Translations under genes and position numbers: made by a program
DNA from: Myxococcota bacterium
GTDB lineage: Bacteria; Myxococcota; SpSt-1050
Assembly (NCBI GenBank): GCA_049969675.1
Contig: JBMFOP010000082.1
Coordinates: 1-13,461 of the forward strand
Reading direction: 5' to 3'
DNA: 13,461 nucleotides
In this document: in pieces, positions 1 through 8,333 of the stretch
How the letters are laid out: every line of letters begins with the position of its first letter
Position numbering within the stretch: the stretch's first letter is position 1
Notes under the pieces: generated by a model
Told to the model about the DNA's origin: nothing
The model's database searches: none
The model's input: the letters and a program-made list of their open reading frames with translations, nothing else

Positions 1-14
1 GGGAGTTTCTTCAT
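1..14 (-). CDS. Probable 5' end of a divergently transcribed gene (MKKLP...), truncated by the window edge
   Basis: The minus strand reads AGAGGT-aaatag-ATG AAG AAA CTC CC, an SD-like motif (21-26) 6 nt before the ATG at 14-12. Only about 5 codons are visible, so the product cannot be assigned. Confidence 0.4.
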
Positions 15-84
15 CTATTTACCTCTAAACTCTTTCAAATATTACATAATGCTAATCAGAAGTCAAACGCAATTTACCTTACTA

Positions 85-175
85 AGCTACGCTTTGCTTC
101 GCCATTTCACCTACACGGCACGAGGCTTCACTTCGTTCAGCCATTTCCAAAGGGAGGTCTCCCTTTGAATCCCTT
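85..175. repeat. Cluster of short stem-loops (REP-like dispersed repeat)
   Basis: Imperfect hairpins at 85-103 and 124-142 (minus strand GGCT-GA-AC-GAA-GT-GA-AGCC) both run into GCCATTTC (101-108, 140-147). A perfect 9-bp stem follows: CAAAGGGAG-GT-CTCCCTTTG (148-167). The 11-mer at 128-138 recurs inverted at 13450-13460. Confidence 0.5.
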
Positions 176-204
176 CATTTTTTTCATTTTATTTTGTGAT
201 GCAA

Positions 205-216
205 TGCCTATAGGCA
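205..216. promoter_or_regulatory. Perfect 12-bp palindrome TGCCTATAGGCA, possible operator in the divergent intergenic region
   Basis: The palindrome is seen directly. No cognate regulator can be identified. Confidence 0.2.
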
Positions 217-545
217 AAAGCATAAATAATCATCTGCTTCGCATTGTTTGCATATGATTAGTACTGCATAAATTTTTACAAGCCCTAAACCAAAACTGAA
301 AACAAATCAAGATTTTGTTAATATTACAAAATTAATAAAATAAAATTTCTGCATTGCATTGCGATGTGTCGCTTCCCTCTGCCATTTTGGATATCAAAAT
401 TAGAGTATCTTGATTACATTTAATTGAAAGAGAAGATGTGAAGAACTCTTAATATCTATCTTATCCCTTTTTATATTGCAATATTCTATATATTGGTATA
501 GATAAATATTTCAAAATCTGACTGGGGGTGATAGAAGGATTGATG

Positions 546-1043
546 ATGAGGATTGTAGTTGTTGGTCTTGGAAGTGAGCTTATGGGTGATGACGCCGCCG
601 GGCTAAGGGTAATTGATCTCCTATCAGAGAAGACAGGGTTCTGTGGAGTAGATTTTAAGAAGTGTTTCTCTACCGGCTTTGAGGTGATGGAGAGTATTGA
701 GGGGTATGATAAGGCAATTATTGTAGATTCTGTTTGTACCGGATTACATAGAAAGGGTGAGATTGTCAATATTGAGCACGGGCAGATAAAATATTCAAAG
801 AGGATCTCAAGCTTTCATGACTTTGACCTTATGACCTCAGTAGAACTGGGTAGAAGGCTAAATCTGAAGGTCCCTTCGGATATCAAGATTTATGGGATAG
901 AGATTGAGGAGGTCACAGAGTTTCATAATGGGCTCTCAAGAGAGGTCAATGATGCTGTAGAATTACTGGCTTCAAAAATCTATGAGGAAATTCAGAATGT
1001 TTGCAAAGGGGGGAATCGTTTAAAGGAGATGGAGGTTACATAA
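546..1043 (+). CDS. Hydrogenase maturation endopeptidase (HycI/HybD/HyaD family)
   Basis: Motifs VVGLGSELMGDDAAGLRV (family GxGNxLxxDDGxG), AIIVDS and SSFHD supply the expected acidic/Asp/His metal ligands. Start placed at ATG 546 (543 possible) behind AAGGA at 535-539 rather than GTG 528; 165 aa. Confidence 0.9.
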   Translation: MRIVVVGLGSELMGDDAAGLRVIDLLSEKTGFCGVDFKKCFSTGFEVMESIEGYDKAIIVDSVCTGLHRKGEIVNIEHGQIKYSKRISSFHDFDLMTSVELGRRLNLKVPSDIKIYGIEIEEVTEFHNGLSREVNDAVELLASKIYEEIQNVCKGGNRLKEMEVT

Positions 1044-3037
1044 TGGGAAGTGTAAATCAGAACCTCAGAGGTATTCGTATCAAGATAGCACTGTTTGGGA
1101 CTCCAAAATCTGGAAAATATTCTTTCTTACAATCTATGTGCAAGATTACTTCCACGCAGGGGAATCTGCAGCTCTTCTCGGATGAGAATGGGGATGTCTT
1201 CTCTTTTGTCCCGATTGTGAGGTCGGTCTTTTCTGAAAATATCAGTCTACAGGTAAAGATTATGGGGGCACGCGATAAAAAAGGGGATGGTATTGTATGG
1301 CAGTCAATCTTTAAGGATGTAGATGGACTTCTCTTTTTATGCAGGACAAAGAAGGATTCTGTTCAGGAGATAACAGAATATCTACATAGGTTGAACGAGT
1401 ATATGACCCATTTTGGTCCACGTGATTATTCCGTCCCCAAAGCGATATTTTATAATAAGTACGAGTCTGATATGAAGGTTGAAGAGTTGAACAAATTGGT
1501 GAACAAAGGGAATTTAAGGTATTTTTCTGGTGACCTGAGTGATATCCTTTCATTTATATCAGCAATAAGATTTCTGGTAAAGGAGGGTCTTAAGAAACAT
1601 CAGTCAGATTATGAACGAATGGGTGGAAAGAAAAATATTGAGGAGGCATTTGAGATTGTGGAGGTCTTCAGGCCAGCCGGTGTGCAGATGGCAGAGAACA
1701 ATGTAATAATAAATCTGCCAGAGGAGAAGGAGGCATCAACTAAGGTTGAGATAAAGGTACCACCACCGCCTCCACCCGAGGAGGAGATCAAGACCGAACA
1801 GGGTCTAAAAGAGGAGGAGATTGAGGAGCTGAGCGAAATGGTTGAAGAGAAACTGCCCAAAGAGAGTACAGTTAAGGTAAAGGTGCCGGTTCTGGATTTT
1901 TCTCATCTGAGTGAGAAGGGGGAGTTACTCTCAAAGATGATGGGTGAGATAGAGCAGGCATCCCAATTCTTTACACTTAAGATATCTGATTTGAAGGGAG
2001 AGTTTCTTTCACTTACAAAGCTCCTTGAAGGGGTTCAGCCAGCATTTAATAATTTGATGGAGGAAAACAGGTCGCTTTCTGATAAAATATCCACCTTGAA
2101 GATTGAGAATAAGAAGTTATCTGATAAGGATAAGGAGCTTCAGGAGCAAATAAAGAGGAATGAAGAGTTGAAAAGGAGTGTAGAGTTATCCACAAGGAAT
2201 ATTGAAGAATTAAATGCAAAGATTCTGGAACTTGAAAAGACCATCTCAGAGAAGGATAGAATTATTCATGATAAGGAATCTCTCCTGGCGATCAAGGTTA
2301 CTGAGACTGATGAGTTAAAGGAGAGATTGAAGGCACTTGAGATGGAGAAGGAGAAGATCGGGATTGATAAGAGGACAATAGAAGATAAACTTACAGTCCT
2401 TCAGTCAAAGTACAGTTTGTTAGAAGAGGAGAATAAGAAGTTATCTGAAGATGCTTCAAGACTTCAGGAGGAGATATTGGCGTGCAAGGCAGAATCAGAG
2501 GAGTTGCAGACCAATCTGGGGATGAAGGAGAGAGAGCTCGAGGAGTTGAAGAGTGCAGGTAAGGAGGAGATAGAGAGTTTGAAGAAAGAGATTGATAGAT
2601 TAAGTCTGGAGCTTAAAGAGAGGGCGGCTCCTTCAAACGATGAGGAGGTAAGGCGTCTCTCCTCGGAAATAGTAAACCTTCAGATTGATATCGCCCAGAA
2701 AGAGGATAGAATCAAGGAGCTTGAGGCAGAGCTCGCAGATAAGATAAAACAGATAGAGGAGCTCAAGGCATCAAAGCCATCGCGTGGGGCACCCACCTCA
2801 GAGACCGTCAATCCCTCTATGCTCGCAAAGACAATAGTGGCGAATCTCAAGTTGAAATATTGGGATGATATGCTAAGATCCCTTAAGGACGGGACTTTTC
2901 AGAAGAAGTACAATCCAGTCTTTGTAGAGCTAAAAAAGGCGTATGACAGTAAAGTCCCTGAGACATTTAAGAATAGAGATGCGATCTTTCAAAACGAGTT
3001 AAAGGGGTTACTTGAAGAGCTCAAAAAGAGTGTATAG
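1043..3037 (+). CDS. MglA-like small-GTPase domain (degenerate) + Pro/acidic linker + long coiled coil + C-terminal helical domain
   Basis: ATG at 1043 overlaps the upstream stop (TAATG) with GGAGG at 1031-1035; 664 aa. The first ~185 aa follow the MglA pattern (IKIALFGTPKSGK, IFKDVDGLLF, VPKAIFYNK). PPPPPP is encoded at 1760-1777 and a heptad-like E/K/L-rich segment spans ~1930-2770. Confidence 0.75.
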   Translation: MGSVNQNLRGIRIKIALFGTPKSGKYSFLQSMCKITSTQGNLQLFSDENGDVFSFVPIVRSVFSENISLQVKIMGARDKKGDGIVWQSIFKDVDGLLFLCRTKKDSVQEITEYLHRLNEYMTHFGPRDYSVPKAIFYNKYESDMKVEELNKLVNKGNLRYFSGDLSDILSFISAIRFLVKEGLKKHQSDYERMGGKKNIEEAFEIVEVFRPAGVQMAENNVIINLPEEKEASTKVEIKVPPPPPPEEEIKTEQGLKEEEIEELSEMVEEKLPKESTVKVKVPVLDFSHLSEKGELLSKMMGEIEQASQFFTLKISDLKGEFLSLTKLLEGVQPAFNNLMEENRSLSDKISTLKIENKKLSDKDKELQEQIKRNEELKRSVELSTRNIEELNAKILELEKTISEKDRIIHDKESLLAIKVTETDELKERLKALEMEKEKIGIDKRTIEDKLTVLQSKYSLLEEENKKLSEDASRLQEEILACKAESEELQTNLGMKERELEELKSAGKEEIESLKKEIDRLSLELKERAAPSNDEEVRRLSSEIVNLQIDIAQKEDRIKELEAELADKIKQIEELKASKPSRGAPTSETVNPSMLAKTIVANLKLKYWDDMLRSLKDGTFQKKYNPVFVELKKAYDSKVPETFKNRDAIFQNELKGLLEELKKSV

Positions 3038-3046
3038 GTTTTTTTT

Positions 3047-4810
3047 ATGGAAGATACAATATCTTATATTCAAAAATTAGAGGGTGAGGAGAAGAAGGTC
3101 AGGGCGATGGCTGATATCGGTATCGCTATGTCCTCGGTTGTGGATCTGGATATATTGCTTGAAATAATAATGCGAAAGGTCACCGAATTGATGCAGGCAG
3201 AGAGGTCCACTCTCTTCTTATACGATTCAGAAAAGAACGAATTGTTCAGTAAGCTTGCACAGGGTGTATCATTGAAGGAGATACGGCTCAGGATGGGTGA
3301 GGGGATAGCCGGATATGTGGCACAGAGTTGTGAGTCTTTGATTGTCAATGATGCCTATAACGATGGGCGTTTTAATGATAGCATAGATAAAATTACAGGA
3401 TTCAGGACAAGGTCTATCATCTGTATCCCATTGATAAATAAGTCAAGGGAGATGATTGGGGTACTTCAGGTCTTAAATAAGTTAAATGGTGATTTTGATG
3501 AGACAGACCTTTCTCTATTGAAGGCATTGGGTTCCCAGATTGTTGTGGCGATTGAAAACAACAAGCTCTATCAAAAATTGCTTGAGAAGAATGTGGAACT
3601 GGTGAGACTCTCCGATGAACTTCAAAGGAAGTATTTTGAACTGGATCTGCTATACGATATTGAGAGGAGTATCTCACAGGCTCACTCCCTGGATGAGCTC
3701 TTAAATGCAATTATCGTGAAGGCGGTATCTATCATTGGTGCTGAGGCTGGTTCCATTCTGCTTTTAGATGAGGATGGGGTGAATTTATATTTTAAGGATG
3801 CTGTTGGAGAGAAGGCTCGCGAGCTTATGAAGATGAGGTTCAGGGCATCAGAAGGGATAGCGGGGTGGGTCGTCTCAAATAAGACACCAGTAATATCAAA
3901 TAATCCTTTAAACGATGATAGACATCTAAGATATATCGCAGAGAGCATCAACTACATACCGAGGAATATCATCTGTGTCCCTCTTATGTATGGTGATAAG
4001 GTAATTGGGGCATTTGAGGTGTTGAATAAATCCAATTCTTTTGATTTTAATGAGAATGACCTGAAGATGCTTACCCTCTTTTCAGGTCAGGTCAGTCGTG
4101 CTGTGGATATGTTTCAGAACAGAGAGGAGAAGGATCGCAACTCACGTCTTGCGCTCATCGGTCAGATGCTCTCAAGCCTCCTGCACGATTTTAAGACCCC
4201 GATGACTATTATCTCGGGATATATACAACTGATAGCGTTTGAAGATGACAGGCCAAAGAGGATGGCGTTTTCAGACCTTTTAATGAAGCAGTTTGAAATA
4301 ATGAACAATATGATAAGGGAAGTACTCTCTTTTGCGAGAGGAGATTCTCAAATCCTGATACGGAAGGTCTTTGTGGGAAATTTCTTAAATGAGGTGAGAG
4401 ATATCCTGGCCACTGAGATCTCAGGGAAGAATATTGAACTCGTAATTGATATCAGATACGACGGCCCGGCCCGATTTGATGATATAAAGATGAAACGGGT
4501 ACTTATCAATCTTGGCAGGAATGCAATTGAGGCGATGCCCTCAGGAGGAAGACTTGTCATCATCGGTGAAAAGGAGGAGAATAATCTAATATTTACTGTC
4601 TCAGATTCGGGAAGCGGTATTCCAGATGCCATCAAAGATAAGCTCCTTAAAAAGGCTTTCGTTACATTTGGTAAGGAATCCGGTACAGGACTGGGACTCG
4701 CGGTTGTGAAGAAGATTGTAGATGAACACAGAGGGGTGATAGACTTTGAAAGCATAAATGGTAAGGGGACAACTTTCAGAATAAAGATGCCAGTTCTGGA
4801 AAACACCTGA
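3047..4810 (+). CDS. Cytoplasmic GAF-GAF sensor histidine kinase
   Basis: Two GAF repeats (GEGIAGYVA...IGVLQVLNK; SEGIAGWVV...IGAFEVLNK), H-box LLHDFKTP, N-box NLGRNAIEA, G1 DSGSG and G2 GTGLGL. No transmembrane segment is evident. Confidence 0.93.
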   Translation: MEDTISYIQKLEGEEKKVRAMADIGIAMSSVVDLDILLEIIMRKVTELMQAERSTLFLYDSEKNELFSKLAQGVSLKEIRLRMGEGIAGYVAQSCESLIVNDAYNDGRFNDSIDKITGFRTRSIICIPLINKSREMIGVLQVLNKLNGDFDETDLSLLKALGSQIVVAIENNKLYQKLLEKNVELVRLSDELQRKYFELDLLYDIERSISQAHSLDELLNAIIVKAVSIIGAEAGSILLLDEDGVNLYFKDAVGEKARELMKMRFRASEGIAGWVVSNKTPVISNNPLNDDRHLRYIAESINYIPRNIICVPLMYGDKVIGAFEVLNKSNSFDFNENDLKMLTLFSGQVSRAVDMFQNREEKDRNSRLALIGQMLSSLLHDFKTPMTIISGYIQLIAFEDDRPKRMAFSDLLMKQFEIMNNMIREVLSFARGDSQILIRKVFVGNFLNEVRDILATEISGKNIELVIDIRYDGPARFDDIKMKRVLINLGRNAIEAMPSGGRLVIIGEKEENNLIFTVSDSGSGIPDAIKDKLLKKAFVTFGKESGTGLGLAVVKKIVDEHRGVIDFESINGKGTTFRIKMPVLENT

Positions 4811-4822
4811 TTAGAGAATAAT

Positions 4823-5512
4823 ATGCGTAAGAAGGACCTGTCAAAGTATATTGAGTATATCTCTCATTCAGCCCTTGATATCAGACGAAGAGAACGGACT
4901 GGAATAATTGAGGCGGTATACTGCGAGCATAAATCTAAGGAGATGATACTTGATATTGCAAAGGCACTGATAAGGAGAAGGTCACCTCTCTTCTTTACTA
5001 GAATCAGTAAAGAGAAGGCGGATTTTTTAATGAGCCATATTAAGGGTCATCTCGTATATAATGAAGATGCAATGGTCTGTTATAGACCTATAATGAGGAA
5101 AAAGAGGGTAGGATTGGTGAGTGTCGTAAGCGCGGGGACATCTGATAGAATGCTTGTAGAGGAGGCCGCTCTCACACTTGATTTTCTCGGGAATAGAATT
5201 GAGAAGATTCAGGATGTAGGTGTAGCAGGGTTGCACAGGATTCTACCTTATTTAAGGGTTCTTAGAAAATCAAATGCGGTGATTGTGATAGCCGGGATGG
5301 AAGGGGCGCTCCCATCGTTGATAGGTGGGATTGTAAATTCCCCTGTCATTGCAGTCCCATCTCCAGTAGGATATGGCGTCTCGGAAGGAGGGTTTACAGC
5401 TCTATTCTCAATGCTCTCCTCCTGTTCCCCAAATGTGGCGACTGTAAATATCGGTAATGCCTTTGGTGCCGCCTGTATTGCATCTTTAATAAATCACAGA
5501 AAAGGTGGATGA
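4823..5512 (+). CDS. larB: Nickel-pincer cofactor biosynthesis protein LarB (PurE/AIR-carboxylase-like)
   Basis: Motifs SAGTSD, DVGVAGLHR, AGMEGALPS, VGYG, MLSSC and VNIGNAFGAA. Directly upstream of larC. Confidence 0.92.
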   Translation: MRKKDLSKYIEYISHSALDIRRRERTGIIEAVYCEHKSKEMILDIAKALIRRRSPLFFTRISKEKADFLMSHIKGHLVYNEDAMVCYRPIMRKKRVGLVSVVSAGTSDRMLVEEAALTLDFLGNRIEKIQDVGVAGLHRILPYLRVLRKSNAVIVIAGMEGALPSLIGGIVNSPVIAVPSPVGYGVSEGGFTALFSMLSSCSPNVATVNIGNAFGAACIASLINHRKGG

Positions 5513-6693
5513 TGGGTAGGGTACTTCTTCTGGACCTCAGCAATGGTATATCGGGTGATATGTTTGTCGCAGCCCTGATTAATATGGGTGTCCCGAGAGA
5601 TATTATTGAGTGTGAACTCCCACTTTTGAGGCTTAGAGGGTACAAATTTGTAATAAAAGAGGAGAAGGTCTCAGAGATAAGCGGCTGTTCTCTAAAAATA
5701 GAAGTTACAAGGAAGGAGATGGTGCATAGGAGTTTCGCAGATATAAAGAGACTCATACTTGATTCTCAGATAAGCGATGGGGCAAAGAGAATAGCAATTG
5801 ATATATTTACAAGGCTTGCAGAGGCAGAGGCGACAGTTCACTCAAAGAAGGTAGATGAGGTCATCTTTCACGAATTGGGGGCCGTTGATTCAATAGTTGA
5901 TATTGTCGCCGCATCTATCTGCCTCAACTTTCTCAATTGTGAGGAGATAATTGCCACCACCCCGGTCATCTCTACGGGGAAGGTTAAGAGCCGTCATGGG
6001 GTATTACCTCTGCCAGCCCCGGCGACAGTTGAACTATTGAAGGGATATACGGTGAGGTTTGAGGAGCGTGGTTATGAGACCATCACACCGACTGGTGCCG
6101 CAATTGTGTCATCTGTTGCGAAGATTGTAAAAGATATACCTCCACTTATGATTAAGTCCAGAGGGTATGGATTTGGGGACATAAGACCAAAAGGCTATTT
6201 CCCCGCGCTTGTTGTGTATGATACCGAATATGTCTCAGAGATAAGGGGACTCTCTGATATTCAGATTGATGCGACCATAGATGATATGAATCCACAGATG
6301 TATCCCTATATAATTGAGAGGCTCTTTGGGGTCGGTGTAAATGATGTATTCATCACACCGGTGATTATGAAGAAGGGTAGACCCGGTCAGAATATTACAG
6401 TCATCTGTGAACCGGCAAAGATGAATGATGTTTTAAGCATATTGTTCCTTGAGACAACCACAATAGGTTTGAGATATAACACTACCAATCGAGTGAGGCT
6501 TGATACCAAATTTGTAGAGGTAAAGACAGAGTTTGGTATTGTGAGAATGAAGGTCGCAAAGGTGGGTTCAGATGTAGTAAATGTTCATCCCGAATATGAA
6601 GACCTTGTCAGGGTTGCAAAGAGTAGTGGTGTATCAATAAAGGAGATATATAAGAGCGCGCTTATTGCCTATGAAAATAGGGGGAAGAGATAA
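5509..6693 (+). CDS. larC: Nickel insertase LarC (single ORF, divergent)
   Basis: Motifs GISGDM, FHELGAVDSIVDI, HGVLPLPAPAT, TPTGAAI, IDDMNPQ, MKKGRPG, ETTTIGLR and PEYED. The start overlaps the larB stop (ATGATG, 5509 or 5512). Confidence 0.92.
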   Translation: MMGRVLLLDLSNGISGDMFVAALINMGVPRDIIECELPLLRLRGYKFVIKEEKVSEISGCSLKIEVTRKEMVHRSFADIKRLILDSQISDGAKRIAIDIFTRLAEAEATVHSKKVDEVIFHELGAVDSIVDIVAASICLNFLNCEEIIATTPVISTGKVKSRHGVLPLPAPATVELLKGYTVRFEERGYETITPTGAAIVSSVAKIVKDIPPLMIKSRGYGFGDIRPKGYFPALVVYDTEYVSEIRGLSDIQIDATIDDMNPQMYPYIIERLFGVGVNDVFITPVIMKKGRPGQNITVICEPAKMNDVLSILFLETTTIGLRYNTTNRVRLDTKFVEVKTEFGIVRMKVAKVGSDVVNVHPEYEDLVRVAKSSGVSIKEIYKSALIAYENRGKR

Positions 6694-8327
6694 TGGGAGA
6701 GAGTCTTAAGATTGCGTTTGCCTTTGTCCCGGATGGGCTCCTTCAGAAGATATCAAACTCTATTGAGAGAGAGGGGGCAGAGATTTTTCAATTTGGTGAG
6801 AATTCACTTGAGAGTATAGATAAGATACTCCTGTGCGATCTCCTTGTGGTAGATTATTCTGGAGATAAACAGGAGGCAGGCAGATTAATCAGAAAGGTAA
6901 AAGAACAAAAACAGAATCTAAGAATAATATTAATTATTCAGGTGGACCAGCTGCAGACCCTTGAAAAGGAGTTTGGATATTATGATGATTATCTGAACAA
7001 GCCATTTAAGCCAGAACACCTCTTATACAAACTCAGGCTCAATATCAGGGTGATAAACCTGCTTATGAGTGGTATCAATAATGTTGAACACTTTGACCTG
7101 CTATCTGATATTGCAAATAGACTTGCAAGGGCTGAGAATTTCTATGATACTATACATCTGGTGGCGAGAAGAATTGCAGAGTATCTCGGAGTTATGCGCT
7201 GTTCAATAATTGTGGTCCCGGATAATCAGAGGGAATTCATAATGGTCTCTACATCCGATAACGACAGATTATTTAAGATGCCGCTCAAGTTAGATAAATA
7301 TCCGGAGGTAAAGGAGATAATAAAGAGTCGTAGGCCCTTTGAGATATCAGATGTGCATAAATCTACTATACTCAAAGATTTTAATAAGAATCTAAAGGAG
7401 GCGGGGATAAAGTATATCTGTTTGATTCCTATAAATGATATAAATGAATTTTTAGGGGTAATATTTATCAGGGATAATAAGGAGAGACACCTCTCCTCCG
7501 TAGAACTGGATTTTATGACACTCGTTGGTGAGATCATCGGGATATTCTTCAACAATTCAAGATTCTTAAATGAGATTAGAATGGCTTCCAGAAGCCTTGA
7601 ATCAGAGATAAAGTCCATGGAGTTTACGCTCTCAAGATTGCGTGAGGACAGGGACTTCTTAAATGATTTGATACAGGATGCCATTGAAGGTATCATTATC
7701 ACAGATGTTGATGGACATATATTGGTCTTCAACAGGACTACCGAGAAGGTCTTGGGCTATAGCAGCTCCGAGGTGGTGGAGAAGATGAGACTTCAGGAGC
7801 TGCTTCCACAGGACTATTCAGAGGATATTATTGATGAATTCAACAACAGGAGATTCGGCTCTCGTGCCACGATTTCAATGGGGAAGAAACTCTTTGTAAG
7901 TAAGAAACGAGAGGCTATACCGGTTATGCTCACCGCCCGTCTGATTGGTAAGAGCGGAGATTTTACTGGCATTATCTGGCAGTTTGTAGATATGAGAGAA
8001 CTGATAAATGCTCAGGAGAAATTGGTAGAACTCACCGAGAATCTGGAGATCGCCCGTAAGAAGGCTTTTACAGCCGCACTCGCCGGGACTGCGGCTCATG
8101 AGATGAATCAACCACTTCAATCTATAATGGGATATGTAGAGCTTCTAACAAAACGGGCAAAGGAGGGGACGATAGAGCACAAATATCTGCTCACGATAAA
8201 TCAGGAGTGTGAGAGGATGGCACAGATTATAAAGAACATTGCAAATATCACCAAATACAAGACAAAAGAGTATGTAGGGTCCGCCAGAATTATTGACATC
8301 AGTGAAGACGAAGGGGGGGAGGAGTAG
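6693..8327 (+). CDS. Atypical receiver-GAF-PAS-HisKA signalling protein lacking an HATPase_c domain
   Basis: N-terminal REC-like fold (DLLVVD...DDYLNKPF), a GAF-like middle region, PAS (IIITDVDGHILVFNRTTEKVLGYS) and H-box AAHEMNQPL. The protein ends about 75 aa after the H-box with no N/G1/G2 boxes. TAATG overlap with larC. Confidence 0.85.
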   Translation: MGESLKIAFAFVPDGLLQKISNSIEREGAEIFQFGENSLESIDKILLCDLLVVDYSGDKQEAGRLIRKVKEQKQNLRIILIIQVDQLQTLEKEFGYYDDYLNKPFKPEHLLYKLRLNIRVINLLMSGINNVEHFDLLSDIANRLARAENFYDTIHLVARRIAEYLGVMRCSIIVVPDNQREFIMVSTSDNDRLFKMPLKLDKYPEVKEIIKSRRPFEISDVHKSTILKDFNKNLKEAGIKYICLIPINDINEFLGVIFIRDNKERHLSSVELDFMTLVGEIIGIFFNNSRFLNEIRMASRSLESEIKSMEFTLSRLREDRDFLNDLIQDAIEGIIITDVDGHILVFNRTTEKVLGYSSSEVVEKMRLQELLPQDYSEDIIDEFNNRRFGSRATISMGKKLFVSKKREAIPVMLTARLIGKSGDFTGIIWQFVDMRELINAQEKLVELTENLEIARKKAFTAALAGTAAHEMNQPLQSIMGYVELLTKRAKEGTIEHKYLLTINQECERMAQIIKNIANITKYKTKEYVGSARIIDISEDEGGEE

Positions 8328-8333
8328 TCAGAT

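Noticed and set aside
313..400. Imperfect AT-rich palindromes (313-331, 384-400) as Rex/NikR-type operators
   Set aside because: Length and spacing do not fit a consensus I can support, and the low complexity makes chance likely.
476..504. TTGCAA...TATAGA/TAGATA as the operon's sigma70 promoter
   Set aside because: The -10 match or the spacing is poor, and such matches arise by chance in this very AT-rich stretch. No convincing sigma54 -24/-12 motif was found either.
1001..1042. Longer TTG start for the MglA-like gene (similarly GTG 528 and TTG 9832 for the protease and esterase)
   Set aside because: Downstream ATGs have SD motifs or stop/start coupling and coincide with where family similarity begins.
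3038..3046. T8 tract just before the kinase start as a phase-variation switch or terminator
   Set aside because: There is no preceding hairpin, it is non-coding, and T8 is unremarkable in AT-rich DNA.
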